Virus record (IMG/VR): IMGVR_UViG_3300027741_000024 | Coordinates: 82,311-146,310 of that record | Reading direction: 5' to 3' (one strand) | Length of the DNA: 64,000 bases | From: a virus | Shown here: one piece after another, positions 9,784 to 18,906 of the stretch | Position numbering within the stretch: the stretch's first letter is position 1 | Layout: each line of letters begins with the position of its first letter | Translations under genes and position numbers: made by a program | The notes under the pieces: model-generated | Seen by the model: the letters and a program-made list of their open reading frames with translations, nothing else | Databases searched by the model: none | What the model was told of the DNA's origin: nothing

Positions 9784-10508
9784 TTATCTGTATGGCGGGT
9801 TATAATACCCGTTTTCATGATGTTGGTTTTGATATTCCAAAGTATCTGTTGCCTTGGAATAACACAACAATCATTCACGATATCTTAAATAATTTTGGTG
9901 AAACGTACCAAACAATTCTTGTTGCAAACAAGCGTGATGTTTATTTCAAAGATCAATTACTAGAAACCATCAAACCATTTGGATTAGATGAGAAGAACAT
10001 TCTATACATTGGTGATACTAAAGGTCAAGCACATACTGCTGCCATAGGTATTGATCAACTGTATGATGACAACATACCAACATTCATTCATAATGCAGAT
10101 ACAATTGTTACAGGTCGATCTTTAAATCTGATTGCTGATTCGATGAATAATCTGTATGATGCTTATATTGATGTGTTTGTTGGCAACTCACCAAAGTATT
10201 CATATGTTCGGGCATTTGAAGAAACTGTACTGGAAATTGTAGAGAAGAAACAAATCTCACCATATGCTTCATCAGGACTATATGGATTTTTGACGGGTAA
10301 TATGTACATGAGTTTTTTTAATTCACTTTGGGCGAAACAATATGAAGAAAAGAGTGAACTGTATGTAGCAGATGTGATTCAAAGTATGATTGCTGGAGGT
10401 AAACAAGTATTCATGAATGGTCTTGGAAATAACCAAGAAACGATTGTACTTGGCAGTCCACAAGAATATGGTATTGAGATAGCAAGACAAACATTAGGTG
10501 CAAGATGA
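9771..10508 (+). CDS. sugar-phosphate nucleotidyltransferase (NTP transferase family)
   Basis: MAGYNTRF...PKYLL, TKGQAHTA, HNADT, ELYVADV, LGSPQEY. Confidence 0.85.
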   Translation: MVNLVICMAGYNTRFHDVGFDIPKYLLPWNNTTIIHDILNNFGETYQTILVANKRDVYFKDQLLETIKPFGLDEKNILYIGDTKGQAHTAAIGIDQLYDDNIPTFIHNADTIVTGRSLNLIADSMNNLYDAYIDVFVGNSPKYSYVRAFEETVLEIVEKKQISPYASSGLYGFLTGNMYMSFFNSLWAKQYEEKSELYVADVIQSMIAGGKQVFMNGLGNNQETIVLGSPQEYGIEIARQTLGAR

Positions 10509-11473
10509 TATCCGCAGTAAAGAAACTTAAAGGTGGTTCCCTTAGTTCCACATACTATATTAAATCTTGTGAACAAGAATGTATCAGTAAAGAAATTGTT
10601 CGTGATCAAAATCGTGAATATGGTTTCGTTCGTTGGTATTCACAACTAAAGAAATTGCAACGATATAATACATTGTATCCTAATCTATTTCCACAAGTTA
10701 TTAATGTTGGTGTTGATCACAATAAAGCATTCTTCAAAATAGAATATATGAAAGGTTTTCGTGACATTAAAAATATTCTGACTAACGACACTCTGACTGA
10801 TGAACAAATCTTTCGTATGAGTCAAGCGGTGTGGAAAGGTCTGAATCAACTTCATTCAGTCACACATGATCCAATACCGGGAGCAGGTAATTTATATTTT
10901 GAAGAAGAAGTACAACAAAAGATAACCGATGCACTTGTTGTGCCAGAGTTTGCTGAGTTTTATTCTTATGGAACATATGAGTATCATGATACAATTGTTC
11001 AAGGTATAGGTGCTTCAATAAACGACTTAGAAAATTTCTTTTCCGAGTTAAAGTTGGTACAAGAGGAAAACATTCATGGTAATCCTACACTAGAAAACAT
11101 TTTATATTCATTTGAGGAAGATCGTGTGGTATTTATTGATGTATATGAAGAAAGTATGATTGATACTAGGTTTTTGGACTATGCACAAGTTTTACAATGC
11201 TCACGCAGTAATTATGGTTACATAAATGATAATCAGGTAGATATAGATGGTGTTTCTGTAACTCATAGGTTGCAGATACCAAAGAATTTTGAAACCTTTA
11301 ACTATCATTTTGAGTCAGGAATTACCGAAAAAAGAACTAAAGAGATTGTGAACATTTTTGAGGCAACTCAGTTCATTCGTATGCTTCCATTCAAAGTTCT
11401 GGCAGGTGATATAGATAAAGCAAAGTTCTTTTATATTCAGGCGTGTTATTTGTTAAGTAAGGTATTTAAATGA
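10505..11473 (+). CDS. APH/choline-kinase-fold phosphotransferase
   Basis: LKGGSLS, IEYM, IHGNPTLENILY...VFID. Confidence 0.7.
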   Translation: MISAVKKLKGGSLSSTYYIKSCEQECISKEIVRDQNREYGFVRWYSQLKKLQRYNTLYPNLFPQVINVGVDHNKAFFKIEYMKGFRDIKNILTNDTLTDEQIFRMSQAVWKGLNQLHSVTHDPIPGAGNLYFEEEVQQKITDALVVPEFAEFYSYGTYEYHDTIVQGIGASINDLENFFSELKLVQEENIHGNPTLENILYSFEEDRVVFIDVYEESMIDTRFLDYAQVLQCSRSNYGYINDNQVDIDGVSVTHRLQIPKNFETFNYHFESGITEKRTKEIVNIFEATQFIRMLPFKVLAGDIDKAKFFYIQACYLLSKVFK

Positions 11474-12609
11474 ATGATTTTATGATGGATTACGACAAGT
11501 TCAAACGGACTTGGACAGTCAAAACAGAATTACCAGTAGAGTTCAAACTAACATACTCTGCTGATATTTTCAATCCTTTGAACCATGACTTGGTATCGTA
11601 TAAGACTAACGATAGAGTGATGATTGTTATTGATCAGAATGTTCATAAGTTTTACACTGTAGAATTAATGAACTATTTCAATTCCCATAATGTTAAATAT
11701 TCTATGTTGGTTATTGATACTGACGAAGAAAGCAAGACATGGGAAGATGCAGACTATATTTTACAATTTTTTGAAGATGAAGGAGTGTTACGCCGTGAAC
11801 CGATTATCGCCATTGGTGGTGGTGTCTTGCTTGACATTGTTGGGTTTGCTTGCAGCATATATCGCCGTGGAATCCCTTACATCAAAGTCCCAACTACTTT
11901 ACTGGCCATTGTTGATGCTTCCGTAGGGTCGAAGGTAGCAGTTAATCATTTTGAAAGACGCAATCGTCTTGGTGCATACTATCCACCAATTGCCACATTG
12001 ATCGACAAGAAGTTCATTAAGACACAAAGTGAACGTGAAATCGTTAATGGTATTGCTGAGATATTCAAGTTAGCAGTTATCAAATCACCAGAACTATTCA
12101 CACTACTTGAAGAGAATGCTGAACTGTTGATTGAAGAGAAGTTTCAGCACGGCGCAGTACCAGTTCGTGTCATCAATCTTGCTATCACAGATATGATTGC
12201 TGAACTTGGTCCTAATCTATGGGAAAGAAAACTAGATCGATGTGTAGACTTTGGTCACACATTCAGTCCTGTGATTGAGATGACAAATATACCAGAATTA
12301 TTGCATGGGGAAGCAGTAGCACTTGATTGCTTGTATAGTTCATGTATTGCTTGTCTGCGTGGTTACATAGGTCAGAGTGTTCTCAACAGAATATTCAATC
12401 TAGCAAAACGATTAAAACTAAAAACATTTCATGAAGGTTTCACAAACATGGAATTACTTCAGAAAAGTTTATCGGACGCAACTAAACATCGTAATGGTAA
12501 TCAGTATGCACCGTTGCCAATATATGTGGGTAATTATAAAATTGTGAATGATATTACAAAATCGGAAATGGAATACGCTATCGCACTTTTTAGGACTTAT
12601 CATGATTAA
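11470..12609 (+). CDS. sedoheptulose 7-phosphate cyclase, 2-epi-5-epi-valiolone synthase (EEVS)-like
   Basis: GGGVLLD, PTTLLAIVDASVGSK, NRLGAY, ELGPNLWERKLDRCVDFGHTFSP, LLHGEAVA. The NLWE...VDFGH segment is EEVS-type, not DHQS (LNxGH) or DDGS (NLHE..IAYGH). Confidence 0.85.
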   Translation: MNDFMMDYDKFKRTWTVKTELPVEFKLTYSADIFNPLNHDLVSYKTNDRVMIVIDQNVHKFYTVELMNYFNSHNVKYSMLVIDTDEESKTWEDADYILQFFEDEGVLRREPIIAIGGGVLLDIVGFACSIYRRGIPYIKVPTTLLAIVDASVGSKVAVNHFERRNRLGAYYPPIATLIDKKFIKTQSEREIVNGIAEIFKLAVIKSPELFTLLEENAELLIEEKFQHGAVPVRVINLAITDMIAELGPNLWERKLDRCVDFGHTFSPVIEMTNIPELLHGEAVALDCLYSSCIACLRGYIGQSVLNRIFNLAKRLKLKTFHEGFTNMELLQKSLSDATKHRNGNQYAPLPIYVGNYKIVNDITKSEMEYAIALFRTYHD

Positions 12610-13279
12610 GAAAAATGCTGTGGTGACAGGTTGCAGTTATGGTTTGGGTGCAGAGATTTGTCGTAAATTAATTGACGATGGTTATCATGTCTATGGTCTA
12701 TCACGCAGTAAACCACCAGAAAGTTTCTTGAAATTTCCAGAAGATTTTACATGGGTTGAATGTGATATTTCAAGTTACGATGACGTTAGATTGGCATTCA
12801 AATATATGAACCAATATACCGATATCCTAGTCAATAATGCTGGTGTATTTACTGGTGGAAAGTTTGCAGCACAAAATCATGAAGCAATTGATAAAGTTAT
12901 TGATGTTAATGTCAAAGGTGCGATGTATGTTACCAACGAAGCATTGAAGTGGATGCCATCAGGATCACGCATATTCTTTATTAATTCAGTTTCTGGTTTG
13001 TATGAGATAGAGTATGAAGCAATCTATGGTGCATCTAAACATGCACTCACTGCATTTGCGGGTGTGTTAGGTAAAGAATTGCAAAGTCGTGGCATCTATG
13101 TAACTAGTATTCATCCTGGCAGTATTGAGACTCCGATGCAACGAAATAATCCGAACAATGCACCAGATAAGTTTTTGAAACCAGAAGAGATTGCTAATCT
13201 GATTTCATTTATTTGTAAGACCGAAAATGTAGAATATAAAACAATCAAACTATTTCCAAGGACAGAATGGCACCAATGA
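12602..13279 (+). CDS. short-chain dehydrogenase/reductase (SDR)
   Basis: TGCSYGLG, NNAG, NSVSG, YGASK, HPG. Confidence 0.92.
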   Translation: MIKKNAVVTGCSYGLGAEICRKLIDDGYHVYGLSRSKPPESFLKFPEDFTWVECDISSYDDVRLAFKYMNQYTDILVNNAGVFTGGKFAAQNHEAIDKVIDVNVKGAMYVTNEALKWMPSGSRIFFINSVSGLYEIEYEAIYGASKHALTAFAGVLGKELQSRGIYVTSIHPGSIETPMQRNNPNNAPDKFLKPEEIANLISFICKTENVEYKTIKLFPRTEWHQ

Positions 13280-13974
13280 AAGATAAAACATTATTCATCG
13301 TAACATCAGCTTTGAATGCTGATATGGGTGTGGTTAGTCGCACCGACAGGTTTGATCAGACTATGAAAGGTCTGATATCAATTCGTAAGTATGTACCTGA
13401 TGCCATTATTCTTTTAACAGATGGATCGCCTCATGAAATTGAAAAAGCAAAATTAAAAGCAATTTCACACTTTGCTAATTTTGCTGCCGATTTTTCTGGC
13501 GATGAACAAATAACTGAGTTGGCTATTAATCATCGTAAAAGTGAAGCAGAAAATCTTTTGATGTTGAAAACTTTAATGCTTTTACAACAAGATGAGGATA
13601 TGAAAGAAGTTATGAATAATGTTGAACGTATATTCAAGTTATCAGCACGAACTGATCTGACTGATGAATTTAACGTTGAAGAACATATGCATCAGGGTAA
13701 GTACGTATTTAAGAAAAGGATGCCAACTTGGTTGGAAGATTCTCGTAATGAGTTTGCTACAGACCTACTGATTACACGTATGTTTTCGTTCTGTCCAACA
13801 CTGATGAACGATTACATGAAAATGTGTGAAAATAATATTTCACTGATTCTTCAGACTAGAATTGATACGGAACACGCACATTTTGTCAATATTAACAAAG
13901 ATTTATTAGTAGAATTAGATGAAATTCACTGTACAGGCATCATGGCTGGCACTGGTGCAGTTGAAAATTACTAA
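13267..13974 (+). CDS. hypothetical protein, glycosyltransferase-like
   Basis: FIVTSAL...RFDQT..LISIRKYVPDAIILLTDGS, FKLSAR; coupled to the cluster. Confidence 0.55.
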   Translation: MAPMKDKTLFIVTSALNADMGVVSRTDRFDQTMKGLISIRKYVPDAIILLTDGSPHEIEKAKLKAISHFANFAADFSGDEQITELAINHRKSEAENLLMLKTLMLLQQDEDMKEVMNNVERIFKLSARTDLTDEFNVEEHMHQGKYVFKKRMPTWLEDSRNEFATDLLITRMFSFCPTLMNDYMKMCENNISLILQTRIDTEHAHFVNINKDLLVELDEIHCTGIMAGTGAVENY

Positions 13975-13977
13975 ATA
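13970..13977 (+). promoter_or_regulatory. late-promoter-like ACTAAATA
   Basis: TAAATA core about 35 nt upstream of ORF 14012. Confidence 0.45.
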
Positions 13978-14011
13978 GAAGAAAACGTAACCCTGCTGTA
14001 GAGGCGGATAA

Positions 14012-16126
14012 ATGAAATTTAGCGATTTTCTGCGTGAGCAGAAAGAAAAACATGCTGTACTGGCATTCGGGCGTATGAACCCGATAACTTCTGGTCACGA
14101 AAAATTAGTCAACAAAGTCAAAGATATTGCCGATAAAGTCGGTGGTTCTCATCACATCGTTCTGTCACATTCACAAGACTCTAAAAAGAATCCTCTTACA
14201 GCAGCACAAAAAGTCAAGCATGCCAAACGTGCATTTCCCAATACTAATTTTACTGCCGCAAATAAAGATGCACCAACATTCTTTCATCACGCAGAGAAAC
14301 TTCATAAACAAGGTGTAACTCACCTTCATATGGTAGGTGGTTCTGATCGTACAGACGAGTACCATAAACTCTTACACAAGTATAATGGTACACATGAAGG
14401 TGCTCGGTTTAACTTCAAATCAATCAAAGTCCATTCTGCTGGTGAACGTGATCCTGATGCTGAAGGCACAACTGGTATTTCCGCAAGTAAGATGCGTGAA
14501 CATGCCACTAAAGGCAACTTCAAAGAATTCAAAAAAGGTGTACCATCTTCAATGTCTCATGAACATGCTAAACACATGTACAATGATGTTCGTAAAGGCA
14601 TGAATCTGCATGAGTCTATTCTAGCAGAAGGTGTACACGATAAAGCAATATTCAAAGCCGTATTTTTAGCAGGTGGTCCAGGTTCTGGTAAAGATTATGT
14701 TCTGTCAAATACACTTGACGGACACGGCATGATTGAAATCAATTCAGATAAAGCATTAGAGTATCTGATGGATAAAGAAAATCTGGATAAGACTATGCCA
14801 GATAACGAAGCAGGACAACGTAATGCAGTTCGCAAAAAGGCTAAAGATATTACAGAAATTCGTAATCGTCTAGCACTTCATGGTCGTAATGGCTTAATCA
14901 TTAATGGCACTGGTGCTGATCCAAAAGAATATGAAGAAATCAAAAAGAAACTAGAGAAGTTAGGTTACGATACTTCAATGATCATGGTTAATACCGATGA
15001 TGAAGTATCAAAAGCCAGAAATGTAGAACGTGGTCAACGTGGTGGTCGTACAGTGCCAGAAGAGATTCGTAAGAAAAAATGGGAAGAAGTACAGGCAGCA
15101 CGTGCTCAGTTTTCTAAAATATTTCGCAACAACTATATTGAATTTGATAACTCTGAAGATTTACGTAATGCATCACCAGATGTTGTCAAAGCAAAAAAAG
15201 AAGAGATGCAACAAATTTTCAAACAGATTCAAAAGTTTGTTGATACGCCTCCAAAAAGTGAACAATCAAAACATTGGATAGCATCAGAGTTAGGTCAAAA
15301 AGACACAGCACCAATTAGCAAAACCGCACAACCTAATACAAATGCAAAAACAAACGATGAGATGAATGCGATGGGTCTTGAGTATTATGGATTCGGTCGT
15401 TACGGTAAAAATGGTAAAGTTACTCATCGTTCAGTGCATGATCATTTAGTGCCAGTTGAGAAAATTGCTAAAAAAGTCAACGAAGCATTTGAAGATTTGT
15501 TTGAAGAAGAAGAAAAAAAGAAAAAACAAAAACTTATGTCGGATACAAATGGAAAACCAAAAGTGTTTCATTTTCGTATGTCTGCTGCAAAGGAAGCACA
15601 TCGTAACAATGGTATAGTTCACAAAGTTGGAAAAACGTATGTTGTTAAAATCAGAGAGGACTTAAATGAAATATCTTCACCAGATAATAATGCTATTGAA
15701 GCAATTTATGGACAAAATATCTCCACCCCCAGTGCAAAACAACTTGGCAAAGTTGGAACCAACTTTAGACCAAAAGGAAAACCTGCCCTTGACAAACCAG
15801 TCAGTGAGTCGGACAACGGAAGCGGAAGTGAAACCCGCCCGAAAATCACCCTCAACAAAATCAAAGAAAACTGGAACAAGAAAACCCAAGAGTCCATCGA
15901 CAAAGGGATAGAACCAGGTCTTTCAATGGCAAGTTCAGGTGAATCACCTGCACGTGATACTGGTGAGAAGTTAAGTAAGAGAGGTAAAGCAACACAAGTT
16001 ATACCATCATCAATCACTGAGTTGACTGGTGATGAAACAACTGCATCTATTGGTGATCAAAAAGAAGATGAGTTGAAGAAAAAAGGTATCTCACTTACAA
16101 CATTTAAAAAGAGAAACTTTGTATGA
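14012..16126 (+). CDS. cytidylyltransferase-like (HxGH) domain fused to a P-loop kinase (zeta/AAA_33-like) domain
   Basis: FGRMNPITSGHEKL...VGGSDR...ISASKMR; second domain AVFLAGGPGSGKD...IINGTG...RNVER; N-terminus MKFSDFLRE. Confidence 0.8.
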   Translation: MKFSDFLREQKEKHAVLAFGRMNPITSGHEKLVNKVKDIADKVGGSHHIVLSHSQDSKKNPLTAAQKVKHAKRAFPNTNFTAANKDAPTFFHHAEKLHKQGVTHLHMVGGSDRTDEYHKLLHKYNGTHEGARFNFKSIKVHSAGERDPDAEGTTGISASKMREHATKGNFKEFKKGVPSSMSHEHAKHMYNDVRKGMNLHESILAEGVHDKAIFKAVFLAGGPGSGKDYVLSNTLDGHGMIEINSDKALEYLMDKENLDKTMPDNEAGQRNAVRKKAKDITEIRNRLALHGRNGLIINGTGADPKEYEEIKKKLEKLGYDTSMIMVNTDDEVSKARNVERGQRGGRTVPEEIRKKKWEEVQAARAQFSKIFRNNYIEFDNSEDLRNASPDVVKAKKEEMQQIFKQIQKFVDTPPKSEQSKHWIASELGQKDTAPISKTAQPNTNAKTNDEMNAMGLEYYGFGRYGKNGKVTHRSVHDHLVPVEKIAKKVNEAFEDLFEEEEKKKKQKLMSDTNGKPKVFHFRMSAAKEAHRNNGIVHKVGKTYVVKIREDLNEISSPDNNAIEAIYGQNISTPSAKQLGKVGTNFRPKGKPALDKPVSESDNGSGSETRPKITLNKIKENWNKKTQESIDKGIEPGLSMASSGESPARDTGEKLSKRGKATQVIPSSITELTGDETTASIGDQKEDELKKKGISLTTFKKRNFV
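15666..15911 (+). CDS. probable overprinted small basic protein in the +1 frame of ORF 14012
   Basis: GAGGA SD 5 nt before ATG; 81 aa with Lys/Pro/Ser/Thr-rich tail; local C-rich compositional shift. Confidence 0.45.
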   Translation: MKYLHQIIMLLKQFMDKISPPPVQNNLAKLEPTLDQKENLPLTNQSVSRTTEAEVKPARKSPSTKSKKTGTRKPKSPSTKG

Positions 16127-17304
16127 AAAAGTTTGAACAATTCGTAAAAGAAGAAAATAAATCTGGAGATTCTTCTTTGCATGATTGGTTTACTAAAAGT
16201 AAATCATCAGATGGTAAACCAGGATGGGTTCAGTTGGGTGGGCGATATGCAGGAAAATCGTGTGCCAAACAGCCAGGTCAAACTACTAAACCGAAATGCG
16301 GTAGTTCAAAGATGGCAGCATCAATGTCAGACAAAGAAGAGGATGCAGCCGCAAAAAGAAAAAGAGCACAGGATCCCAATCCAAATAGAAGTGGCGCACC
16401 AATAAATGTTCCAACAGAAGGAAAACGAAAGATGAAAGAAGAGTGGAGTCAAAAATATAAAAATTCAATTAACTGTTCACATCCTAAAGGATTCAGTCAA
16501 AAGGCACATTGCGCTGGCAAGAAAAAACAGAATGAATCTACTGATATGGAAATGGTATGCGAAGATTGCGGTATGTGCCAGACACATGGTAATCATTCAC
16601 ATGATACTTTAGGTGAAGCATGTTGGACAGGATATGAAAAAAAAGGAATGAAAACAATGTTTGGTAAGAAGTATCCTAACTGCGTTAAAAAAGAAAGTAT
16701 TGAAGAATATATAGCTAAGAGTGAATGTCCAGAATGTGGTGGACATATGGTTTCAGAAGATGAGTTGACAGAAGAAAAAGATGCCTGTTACCATAAAGTA
16801 AAATCACGATACTCAGTATTTCCAAGTGCATATGCATCGGGTGCATTGGTCAAGTGCCGTAAAGTGGGTGCTGCCAATTGGGGAAATAAAACAAAACAAG
16901 AAGCAACTCAATTAATACCGTTCAAGGCATTTATTAACGAAGCCGCCAATGCTGCACAACAGGCAGCGATTGCAATCAATATGAAAAAGAAAGGCATCAA
17001 GCCTAAGAATGAAGAAGTTGAATTGGATGAGACTGAAGCATGGACACGCAAAGAAGGACAGAATTCAGAAGGTGGTTTAAATCATAAAGGTATTGAATCA
17101 TATCGTGCTGCACATCCTGGCTCACACTTATCTATGGCTGTAACAACAAAGCCAAGTAAATTGAAAGCAGGTTCTAAGGCAGCAAACAGAAGAAAATCAT
17201 TTTGTGCTAGAATGGGTGGCATGAAGAAAAGATTAACATCAGCAAAGACCGCACGTGATCCAGATTCACGTATCAATAAGGCTTTGCGTAAATGGAATTG
17301 CTAA
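16123..17304 (+). CDS. modular basic/Cys-rich virion (internal head) protein candidate
   Basis: Concatenated short modules (CAKQPGQTTKPKC; INCSHPKGFSQKAHC; ACWTGY..PNCV; DACYHKVK..KCR; RRKSFCARM..RKWNC) separated by acidic xxE linkers. Confidence 0.7.
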   Translation: MKKFEQFVKEENKSGDSSLHDWFTKSKSSDGKPGWVQLGGRYAGKSCAKQPGQTTKPKCGSSKMAASMSDKEEDAAAKRKRAQDPNPNRSGAPINVPTEGKRKMKEEWSQKYKNSINCSHPKGFSQKAHCAGKKKQNESTDMEMVCEDCGMCQTHGNHSHDTLGEACWTGYEKKGMKTMFGKKYPNCVKKESIEEYIAKSECPECGGHMVSEDELTEEKDACYHKVKSRYSVFPSAYASGALVKCRKVGAANWGNKTKQEATQLIPFKAFINEAANAAQQAAIAINMKKKGIKPKNEEVELDETEAWTRKEGQNSEGGLNHKGIESYRAAHPGSHLSMAVTTKPSKLKAGSKAANRRKSFCARMGGMKKRLTSAKTARDPDSRINKALRKWNC

Positions 17305-17333
17305 AAAAATTAAAAATAAAATAGGAGACTTAG

Positions 17334-18905
17334 ATGTCAATTTTCAACGATAAAGCACTGAAAGGTGTAGCAGCAGCAGTATCAAAGATTATGGATGAAG
17401 AACTAAAAGGTAATCAAACTAAAATTGATGCCAATCATAATGGTAAAATTGATGCACAAGATTTTAAACTACTTCGTGCCAAAAAAACTATCAAAGAAGA
17501 TGATGTTGGTTATCAGCATCGCTATTCTGTTAAGAATGGTAAAGCAACTGTACACAATCCCGCAAAAGGTGAAAAGGATGAACCTCATCACGTTTATGCT
17601 GATAGTGAAGAACATGCGGTTCGTAAACATGCTGCCCAAAATAAACCAACAGTAAAAGAAGAAGTCAAAAAGAATGAATATCACATTGCAGGAAAACATA
17701 AATTTCCTACAAAAGATGAACATGCGGTAACAGTGAAGCACACCGAAAGTGGTCGTGAACATGTTCATAGTGGTAAAGGAAAGTATCTGTCAAAATTAAT
17801 TAAGTCGAGATATGACATCAATCATCATTTTGAAAGTGTTGAACTTGATGAGGCATTTCCAACTGTGGCTGATGCTAAAAAACGCATGGCTGCTGGTAAA
17901 ACTGCCACTGGTACAGTAACAAAAACAAAAACAGGTTTAGTTCATAATCGTGATTACAAAGACGATGATAATGATGCAGAAGATATGCAAAAGAAATCAA
18001 AAGGTTATGGTGCTCGTCAAAATTTCAAGCGTTCAACCCGTGTCAATGAACAGAAACTTTCTTTTACAGAAATGCTTGAATTGTACAATGAGGCAGGTGT
18101 AGAAGTTATTGCTAAGATTGCTCCACAAACAGTCAAGTTCGGTGACACTGAAGTTGAAGTATTTGATGCTGATAAAATCAACGGCGCTATTGAAACTACC
18201 GTTGTTGAAGAAGTAGATAACGAAACATTTACCAAAGAAGTTGAAGCACAGAAAGCAAAGAATGCTGGCGGTGGTAAGAAAGCAGATGTTGCTAAAGCAT
18301 CCGTACAAGCAGTGAAGCAAGAGGAAGTTGAACAGATTGATGAACTAAAGAAATCGACTGTATCCTCTTACATTCAGAAGAAATTTGGTAAGATGAGTGA
18401 TGAACCTGTTTCAAAAAATCAATATGGATATGCCAAAAAAGATGCAAAAGGTATTCAACGTGCTGGTTTGCGTATGAGTGGTATTAAAGCAACTCAAAAA
18501 GAAGAAGTAGAACACTTGGATGAATTGTCGAAGAACACTCTTGGTTCATACATCAAATCAGCATCACACGATGTTGCTGCTAAAGGTGCATTCACACGCC
18601 ATTTTGCTGATAAATCACGTGCTGAAACTGCGGAACAAAAACATGACTTAGCACGTAAAAGCATGAAACAAGCAGATAAAGTTCAAGATGCTGGCATGAA
18701 ACGCCGTGCGAATATGGCAAAAGCAGTTGATCGTTTGACCAAAGAAGAAACACAATTAGACGAAAAACTGCCAGCAAGTGCATCCGCTGGTGATTACATT
18801 CATGACTTTGTTCACTCTGACAATCCAAAGTTTGACGGTAAATCAACTAAAGAACGTCAAAAGATGGCATTAGGTGCATTCTACGCTAAGAACAAAGGTA
18901 AGTAA
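17334..18905 (+). CDS. modular internal-head-like protein with EF-hand-like loop
   Basis: DANHNGKIDAQDF; repeated EEVEQIDEL/EEVEHLDEL modules; AGGAG SD. Confidence 0.7.
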   Translation: MSIFNDKALKGVAAAVSKIMDEELKGNQTKIDANHNGKIDAQDFKLLRAKKTIKEDDVGYQHRYSVKNGKATVHNPAKGEKDEPHHVYADSEEHAVRKHAAQNKPTVKEEVKKNEYHIAGKHKFPTKDEHAVTVKHTESGREHVHSGKGKYLSKLIKSRYDINHHFESVELDEAFPTVADAKKRMAAGKTATGTVTKTKTGLVHNRDYKDDDNDAEDMQKKSKGYGARQNFKRSTRVNEQKLSFTEMLELYNEAGVEVIAKIAPQTVKFGDTEVEVFDADKINGAIETTVVEEVDNETFTKEVEAQKAKNAGGGKKADVAKASVQAVKQEEVEQIDELKKSTVSSYIQKKFGKMSDEPVSKNQYGYAKKDAKGIQRAGLRMSGIKATQKEEVEHLDELSKNTLGSYIKSASHDVAAKGAFTRHFADKSRAETAEQKHDLARKSMKQADKVQDAGMKRRANMAKAVDRLTKEETQLDEKLPASASAGDYIHDFVHSDNPKFDGKSTKERQKMALGAFYAKNKGK

Positions 18906-18906
18906 T

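Noticed and set aside
11470-12609. Annotation as 3-dehydroquinate synthase (aroB) or DDGS (mysA)
   Set aside because: The active-site segment NLWE...VDFGH matches EEVS-type cyclases. It lacks the DHQS LNxGHT and DDGS NLHE/IAYGH patterns, and there are no shikimate or ATP-grasp neighbours.
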